In this document: positions 58,125-64,000 of the stretch, one piece after another
How the letters are laid out: every line of letters begins with the position of its first letter
How positions within the stretch are numbered: the first letter of the stretch is position 1
Assembly: GCA_963721805.1 (NCBI GenBank)
Contig: CAVRJY010000002.1
Span: 448,001 to 512,000, forward strand
Length of the DNA stretch: 64,000 nucleotides
Direction of reading: 5' to 3'
Source of the DNA: Nitrospirota bacterium
GTDB taxonomy: Bacteria > Nitrospirota > Thermodesulfovibrionia > Thermodesulfovibrionales > JdFR-86
The notes under the pieces: model-generated
The model's input: only the letters and a program-made list of their open reading frames with translations
Databases searched by the model: none
What the model was told of the DNA's origin: nothing
Translations under genes and position numbers: made by a program

Positions 58125-59456
58125 CTAGAGCATCGGGAGGTACGTCTCTATCTCGTAGGGGAATATCTGCGTGCGGTACTTGTCCCACTCGACGCGCTTG
58201 CTCATGATCAACTCGTTAAACGCGTGGTCCCCGAGCGTATCGCGCAGAAGTTCGCTTTGTTGGGCCTTCTCTATGGCCTCGATCAGGCTTCCGGGCAGCT
58301 CATCGATCCCGAGCCTCTCTCGTTCCTCGGCCTTCAGGTGGTATACGTCCATGTCCGAGGGCTCCGGGAGCTTGTACTTGCGCTCTATGCCCGCGAGCCC
58401 GGCGCTCAGCATGCAGGCGAACGCGAGGTAGGGGTTGCAGGCCGGGTCCGGCGAGCGAAGCTCGATGCGCGTCGCGTTCTCCTTGCCGGGCTTGTACAGC
58501 GGCACGCGCACGAGCGCGGAGCGGTTGCGCATGGCCCAGCATATATAAACAGGCGCCTCGAATCCGGGCACGAGCCGCTTGTAGGAGTTCACCCACTGGT
58601 TCAGCACCAGCGTGATCTCAGGGATGTGCTTCAGTATCCCGGCGGTGTAGTGCTTCGCGGTGTCCGAGAGGTAGTGCCGGTCCTTCGGGTCGAAGAACGC
58701 GTTTTTGGCGCCCTTAAAAAGCGACTGGTGCGTGTGCATCCCGCTGCCGTTCTGCCCGGCCATGGGCTTGGGCATGAACGTGGCGTAGCTGCCGTATTTG
58801 CGCGCTATCTCCTTGACGACGATGCGGTAGGTCATCACGGTGTCGGCCATCTGAAGCGCGTCGCCGTATCTAAGGTCGATCTCGTGCTGAGACGGGGCGA
58901 CCTCGTGGTGCGAGTACTCCACGCCTATGCCCATCGCCTCCAGAGAGAGTATAGTGTCGCGCCTGAGGTCCTCGGCCGCGTCGAGCGGGTAGTCGAAGTA
59001 CCCGCCGTTGTCCAGCACCTCGGTGCCTGCGTTGTCCTTGAAGTAGAAGTACTCGAGCTCCGGGCCAACGTGCATCGTGTAGCCCTTCTTGGCCGCGCGC
59101 TCGATATTGCGCTTGAGTATATAGCGCGGATCGCCCTTGTACGGGCCGCCCCCGGGCTCGTGGATGTCGCAGAACATCCGCGCCACGGCCTTTTCCTTGG
59201 GCCGCCACGGTAGGAGGGCAAACGTCGAAGGGTCCGGCCGCGCGACCATGTCGCTTTCGTCTATGCGCGCGAAGCCGTGGATCGAGGAGCCGTCAAACCC
59301 CATGCCCTCTTTAAATGCGCCGCCGAGTTCCTCGACCGGCAGGGCGAAGCTCTTGAGCATCCCGTGTATGTCCGAAAACCATAGCCTGATGAACTTCACG
59401 TTATGCTTGCGGACGAGCTCCATCACATCCTTCTCGTCCGTGCGAGTCTTTTTCAT
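58125..59456 (-). CDS. glnA: Glutamine synthetase type I
   Basis: FDGSSI, HHEVAPSQHE, FMPKP, NGSGMH, RLVPGFEAP, RIELRSPD motifs. Confidence 0.95.
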   Translation of the reverse strand: MKKTRTDEKDVMELVRKHNVKFIRLWFSDIHGMLKSFALPVEELGGAFKEGMGFDGSSIHGFARIDESDMVARPDPSTFALLPWRPKEKAVARMFCDIHEPGGGPYKGDPRYILKRNIERAAKKGYTMHVGPELEYFYFKDNAGTEVLDNGGYFDYPLDAAEDLRRDTILSLEAMGIGVEYSHHEVAPSQHEIDLRYGDALQMADTVMTYRIVVKEIARKYGSYATFMPKPMAGQNGSGMHTHQSLFKGAKNAFFDPKDRHYLSDTAKHYTAGILKHIPEITLVLNQWVNSYKRLVPGFEAPVYICWAMRNRSALVRVPLYKPGKENATRIELRSPDPACNPYLAFACMLSAGLAGIERKYKLPEPSDMDVYHLKAEERERLGIDELPGSLIEAIEKAQQSELLRDTLGDHAFNELIMSKRVEWDKYRTQIFPYEIETYLPML

Positions 59457-62278
59457 CCGCGTGTCCTCCTCAGTGTTGGCTTCATCTTCGTGATCTTGAG
59501 GACCCGCTCGCGCAGCTCCTCGGTATAGTGTATCAGGTCGTCCGGCCCCCGGTAGCCCATAAACCGCGCGGCCGATGCCGTCATATCGGCGGTGCGCTCG
59601 AGTACCGTCTCGCCTCCGAGCCTCATCAGCGTCAGGAGCGCCATCATGTGATTATGCGCGAGCCGCAGCGTCACGGCGCTCCTGCGGCTCAGGCTTCCGT
59701 GCCTCGCGAGACGGCGTATCGCCGCATCCGTGTTCTGCACGATCAGCGACGGGGCCTCCGGCGCGTTATGGAGCTGCAGCCACTGCACCAGAAACTCGAT
59801 CTCCCCGAGCCCTCCGGGGCCATACTTGATGTCCAGCCCCATCCGCTCGTCAGCGAGTTCCTTGATGATGCGGCCGCGCATCGCGTCTATCGCGGCCTTA
59901 GTGATATTTTGCGCCCGGTTGAGGATCGCCTGCCGGGCCATCTGCATGAAGCCCTGCGCGAGTTCGCAGTCCCCTGCCACGGGCCGGGCGCGCAGCAGCG
60001 CCTGCACCTCCCACTCCCCGGCCGGACCGAGGTAATAGTCGCGGTACCCGGCCAGGTCCTTGCATAGCACTCCCTTCGTCCCGTCAGGGCGGAGCCGCGT
60101 GTCTATCGAGTAGGCGATGCCGCGCGGGGTATACTCTCCAAGGGCTCTTATGATGTTCTCGGCCCACCTCGCGTTTGAGGGTTTTGTAGATACGAACACG
60201 AGGTCGAGGTCCGAGCCGACCGTGAGTTCGCGGCCGCCCCACCTGCCCATCGCTATCACCGCGCAGCCGCTCGGCGGGGCGAACCTCTTGGCCGCCGCCC
60301 TCATCACGAGGTCCGCCGCGTGCGAGAGCCTCCTTGAGAGCGCGTCCTGCGGTGTCTCCCCAAGCAGGAAGTGCATGCAGCCGCCGAGTTCCTCAGAGGC
60401 CCTGAACGATGCGGCCGCCTCAGGGAAGTCTACCTTGCCCTTGAGCATGCCATCCAAGGTCTTGCTGGCAGCTTCCACCGTGCGGCGGGCTGCGCTGTCC
60501 CCGGCCAGGCGCTCCAGGCTGCGCGGGTCGCTGGACAGCAGGCCCGATACGGCAGGGGCCATGGCCTGGAGTTTCACTATGCCGCGCATGAGCGCGGGAC
60601 TGGCAGAGAGCAGCCTGAGCCTCGCCTCACTCAGGCCTGTTGACGAGAGAAAACTTTCGATGCCCGATAGCGCGAGGTCGGGGTTCTCGGAGCCGAACGC
60701 ATCGTCGAGCATCGCCGGGACGACCTCTCTTGAGAGTTCGCGCTCTCGCATCGTAAGCGGCCGGTCCATCAGCTCGCGGAGCCTCGCAAGCGCTGACGCT
60801 CCGTCTTCCGGCCGCCTGAAGTGCTGGAGTTCGAGGTATCGAGCGAACTCGCGTTCGGTAAGAGCGCCGTCGAGCAGGCTGGCCGTCTCCAGCCCCCTGT
60901 CCTGCGCGGTGCCGAGGAGCGAGTTATAGATGCTCCGGATCTTCATTCTCCGCGTGCGGAGCTCGACCAGATAGTCCTCGACGCGGTGAAACCCCATATG
61001 CCTGCCCAGGGCCTCGATCTCGTGCGCGTCCTCCGGGATCTCGTATGTCTGGAGGTCGTCCTTCATCTGGAGGTGGTGCTCGGTGCGGCGCAGGAAGATG
61101 TAGCTCTCCCACAGGGATTCTATATCGCGGCCGGGCACGATCCCGAGCCAGCGCAGCGACTGCATCGCGTTAAATATGCGATAGGTGCGCAACGGCTCAT
61201 GGCGGTGGCCGTCGAGGAGCTGGCGGACCTGCACGAAGAACTCGGCCTCGCGTATGCCGCCATACCCGCGCTTGATGTCCCCGGTCCCGCCATGTCCGTC
61301 CATGCGTTTTTTTAGCGCGCGTATCTCTTCGAACTCCACGCGCCTGAAGGTCCTGTGCCAGACGAACGGCTCAATATCGGCCATGAACGTGCGGCCCACG
61401 CCCTCGTCCCCAGCCACCGGCCGCGCGCGTATCAGGGCGAGGCGCTCCCATGTGCGGCCGTAGGTCTTGTAGTACCGGCGGTATCCCTCGAGCGGCATCG
61501 CGAGCTCGCCGCGCTGGCCCTGGGGCCGGAGCCTCCAGTCCACGCGAAACGCGATCCCCTCCGAGGTGTTCCTTGAAAGCAGGGCCGAGGCGGTCTCGAC
61601 CACCTTGACGTGATACTCGTGCGACTCGATCCTTCCGGTGAGCACGCCGTTTGGGCCGGGCAGTCCGGACGTGCGTCCCGCGGGCCTGTCGTATACCGCG
61701 ATGAGGTCGATGTCCGAGCTGTAGTTAAGCTCCATCCCGCCCATCTTTCCAAGCGCGATGACGGCGATCCGCTCCCCACCGCGCCTGAGGCCGCCGTGGG
61801 CCGCGCGCACGAGGTGCCCGGCCATCTGAAACGCGGAGGAGACCGAGACCTCCGCAAGCGCGGTGAGCTCCTCCATAGAGGCGATTATATCGGCGCGGCC
61901 GGTGAGATAGCGGAGCGTTATGCAGAGCGTCTGGTAGCGCTTGAACGCGCGCAGGGTAGATGCGGCCTCATCCGGGCTCGCGGGCTCCGGGGTGAGGGAC
62001 TCGCGGGCCGATGCCCTGAGCCACTCGCCCCGCACCGGGCGGTCGATTGCCCCGACCGCGCTAAAGAGCGCTTCTGGGGATGAGGTCGCGTAATTGGTCA
62101 GGAACTGGCTTGCCGAGAAGAGTGCCGCGGACTCCGGCAGCGCGAGCAGGAAGCGCATCCTGTCGGCGTCCTCGAGGGTATCGGCCAGGCGGTTAAGCCC
62201 GCGCCCGGCTTTCTGCGGATCGGCCGTCCTCTGGCTGCAGAGGCTTATGCGCTGGGCCAGAAACTCGTCGATGAGCAC
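59453..62278 (-). CDS. glnE: Glutamine synthetase adenylyltransferase
   Basis: Two nucleotidyltransferase repeats (LGKMGGMELNYSSDID; MGRWGGREL..SDLD), DxRLRP, WERLAL. Confidence 0.92.
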   Translation of the reverse strand: MLIDEFLAQRISLCSQRTADPQKAGRGLNRLADTLEDADRMRFLLALPESAALFSASQFLTNYATSSPEALFSAVGAIDRPVRGEWLRASARESLTPEPASPDEAASTLRAFKRYQTLCITLRYLTGRADIIASMEELTALAEVSVSSAFQMAGHLVRAAHGGLRRGGERIAVIALGKMGGMELNYSSDIDLIAVYDRPAGRTSGLPGPNGVLTGRIESHEYHVKVVETASALLSRNTSEGIAFRVDWRLRPQGQRGELAMPLEGYRRYYKTYGRTWERLALIRARPVAGDEGVGRTFMADIEPFVWHRTFRRVEFEEIRALKKRMDGHGGTGDIKRGYGGIREAEFFVQVRQLLDGHRHEPLRTYRIFNAMQSLRWLGIVPGRDIESLWESYIFLRRTEHHLQMKDDLQTYEIPEDAHEIEALGRHMGFHRVEDYLVELRTRRMKIRSIYNSLLGTAQDRGLETASLLDGALTEREFARYLELQHFRRPEDGASALARLRELMDRPLTMRERELSREVVPAMLDDAFGSENPDLALSGIESFLSSTGLSEARLRLLSASPALMRGIVKLQAMAPAVSGLLSSDPRSLERLAGDSAARRTVEAASKTLDGMLKGKVDFPEAAASFRASEELGGCMHFLLGETPQDALSRRLSHAADLVMRAAAKRFAPPSGCAVIAMGRWGGRELTVGSDLDLVFVSTKPSNARWAENIIRALGEYTPRGIAYSIDTRLRPDGTKGVLCKDLAGYRDYYLGPAGEWEVQALLRARPVAGDCELAQGFMQMARQAILNRAQNITKAAIDAMRGRIIKELADERMGLDIKYGPGGLGEIEFLVQWLQLHNAPEAPSLIVQNTDAAIRRLARHGSLSRRSAVTLRLAHNHMMALLTLMRLGGETVLERTADMTASAARFMGYRGPDDLIHYTEELRERVLKITKMKPTLRRTRG

Positions 62279-62307
62279 GCTGGAAGCGGCCCCCCTCCCT
62301 TGTCAGG

Positions 62308-63324
62308 CTAAAGTCTCTTCTGCAGTTCCTTTAGTTTGGCCGTGTGCTCATCGGACTGTAGCTGAAGCTTGACGACCTTGCCCTTGAGTTCCGGGGAGAC
62401 GCTGACGAAGAGCTTTGCCGGGTCCTTTATGAACCCGGACTTCATGATGTCGAGCGAGAGCGAGACCGCCTTGTTTAGGTCGATCTCGTCGCGCTGGGCG
62501 CGCTCCCGGATGCCGTTGATGTATTCGATCAGCGAGGTGACAGTATAAGTGGTCGTCTTGCCTTCCTCGAAGAAGGCTTCGCCGGCCAGCGCGCCGCCCT
62601 TGAGGTCTTTCAGTAAGCAGCAGTGCTCGTGTTTTTCGCGCGCCAGGGTCGACCATAACCCGGCATGCTCCGGGAACCGGCGCTCGAACGTCTCATAGAG
62701 CGCGGCCGTGAGGTTGTTGGCCTCGATGAGCTGTTCCATCAGCTTGAGCTTGTAGGGCTTGATCCCCGCGGCCTTGGCCAGCTCCGCGGTCTTTTCCTGC
62801 TCCGGCGTGTCGGCCGGTTTCGCCGCCGGTTCAGCGGATCCGCCTGACCCCCATGAAGCTGGCAGCGGGACGCCGCGCTTGCCGGCGAGGTTGCTGAGCA
62901 TCAGCGTGTGCTCCTTGTCCGAGGAGGCCAGGGCGCTTATCAGCGGGGCCACCTCGGGGTTGGACTTCGCGATCAGGTTCGTATAGTGGTACTCCAGCGA
63001 GTTGACCTTCAGATCGAGGGTGAAAGCCACCGCCTCATCGAGCGTCGGCGGGGTGGGCGACTTCAGGATCGACTCGATCCTGCTCAGGACGCTGTCGACG
63101 GCCGAGACGTCGATCTCGACGTCCTTGAACAAGTTGCGGTTGCGGCGCACCATCCTCGTCTGGTATGCGACGATGTCGCACTGGTACTTCTCGTCGAGCG
63201 CGAGCGTATAGAACATACCGGCGGCCTCGCGGTCGTCTATAAAGAGCTTGTTGTAATAGTCATAGAGCGCCTGAACCCTGCTTTCGAGGTGCCCGAGGAC
63301 GTCGAATGCCTTGAGGATGTCCAT
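62308..63324 (-). CDS. Protein with two tandem ferritin/rubrerythrin-like four-helix domains
   Basis: Repeated E...LY...F...W/F..LA.(D/E)..H pattern with an Ala/Pro linker. Confidence 0.65.
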   Translation of the reverse strand: MDILKAFDVLGHLESRVQALYDYYNKLFIDDREAAGMFYTLALDEKYQCDIVAYQTRMVRRNRNLFKDVEIDVSAVDSVLSRIESILKSPTPPTLDEAVAFTLDLKVNSLEYHYTNLIAKSNPEVAPLISALASSDKEHTLMLSNLAGKRGVPLPASWGSGGSAEPAAKPADTPEQEKTAELAKAAGIKPYKLKLMEQLIEANNLTAALYETFERRFPEHAGLWSTLAREKHEHCCLLKDLKGGALAGEAFFEEGKTTTYTVTSLIEYINGIRERAQRDEIDLNKAVSLSLDIMKSGFIKDPAKLFVSVSPELKGKVVKLQLQSDEHTAKLKELQKRL

Positions 63325-63431
63325 TTTTTAAGCGTATCCTTTCGAGCTTGCGGTGCCTGAGGCTAAATTATATCTCAAAGGGGGGAGCAAAGCGAGTTAT
63401 TAACTCATAAACAATTATTTAAGCAAATCTT

Positions 63432-64000
63432 TCAGCCAGCCCGCAGGAAACTCCGCCCGCCCATATCAGCGATCCCCAGGATGCCGGCCACGGTCGCGCC
63501 GAGGTCCCAAAACCCGTCGCGGACGCCGAGGTCCCGGCCGGCGTCGCCCCTGTGATAGAAAAGCACCGGCACGTACTCGCGCGAATGGTCGGTGCTCGGA
63601 GTGGTGGGGTCGCAGCCGTGGTCCGCGGTGACGAACAGGTAGTCCTCGGCGCCGAGGAGCGGCAGCACTCCGGCAAGCCAGGCGTCGAACTCGGCAAGCG
63701 CGGCGTAATATCCGCGCACATCGTTTCTATGCCCGTAAAGCGTGTCGAAGTCCACGAGGTTCGCAAACACGATCCCCGAGCCGAATTGGCCTATCAGTTC
63801 CGCTATCTTCCGCATGCCCTCCGCGTTGCCCGCGTATTTGATCATCTCGTCAAACCCGTGGCCGTCGAACATATCCATCACCTTGCCGACCGATACCACC
63901 CGGTATCTCGCGGCCTGCGCGTTATCGAGCACGCTGGGATGCGGGGGCGCGACGGGGAAGTCCCTGCGGCGGTATGTGCGCACGTAGGGCGGCCCGACGA
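63432..64000 (-). CDS. deoB: Phosphopentomutase, 5' end outside the window
   Basis: NLVDFDTLYGHRND, TADHGCDPT, TDHSREYVP motifs. Confidence 0.93.
   Translation of the reverse strand, partial: VGPPYVRTYRRRDFPVAPPHPSVLDNAQAARYRVVSVGKVMDMFDGHGFDEMIKYAGNAEGMRKIAELIGQFGSGIVFANLVDFDTLYGHRNDVRGYYAALAEFDAWLAGVLPLLGAEDYLFVTADHGCDPTTPSTDHSREYVPVLFYHRGDAGRDLGVRDGFWDLGATVAGILGIADMGGRSFLRAG

Overview
GC-rich bacterial chromosome segment. Gene content and synteny suggest an anaerobic Nitrospirota or deltaproteobacteria-like organism (inference only). Housekeeping genes (ybeY, phoH, queA, queH, pyrE, thrC, metB-like, hisD, bioD, ccsB, hemA, argS, tatA, glnA, glnE, deoB) are interleaved with accessory loci. 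(1) An amino-trideoxysugar/undecaprenyl/GT-C glycosylation operon is divergent from a putative sigma54-driven operon. That operon encodes an NHL-BACON-FG-GAP surface protein and a 2014-aa cytochrome with 21 heme motifs (18 CxxCH + 3 CxxxxCH) whose heme chain is interrupted by about 8 copies of a heme-free beta-rich module. (2) An octaheme HAO-family protein, plus extra atypical CcsA/ResB maturation genes next to a selenocysteine (UxxC) TlpA-like lipoprotein with a SECIS hairpin. (3) A two-component pair whose response regulator ends in a HEPN-like RxxxxH domain. (4) A GEMM-I riboswitch with the A20 signature associated with 3',3'-cGAMP sensing, an overlapping terminator, and a CRP-like box shared with the MCP-cheW promoter. 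(5) Six copies of a 123-bp covarying palindromic, ERIC-like repeat; two inverted pairs each bracket an AT-rich foreign-looking gene. Several single-base frameshifts (HD-GYP gene, bioD, hicA) may be assembly errors. No rRNA, tRNA or CRISPR array was seen. All family assignments come from motif recognition, not database searches.
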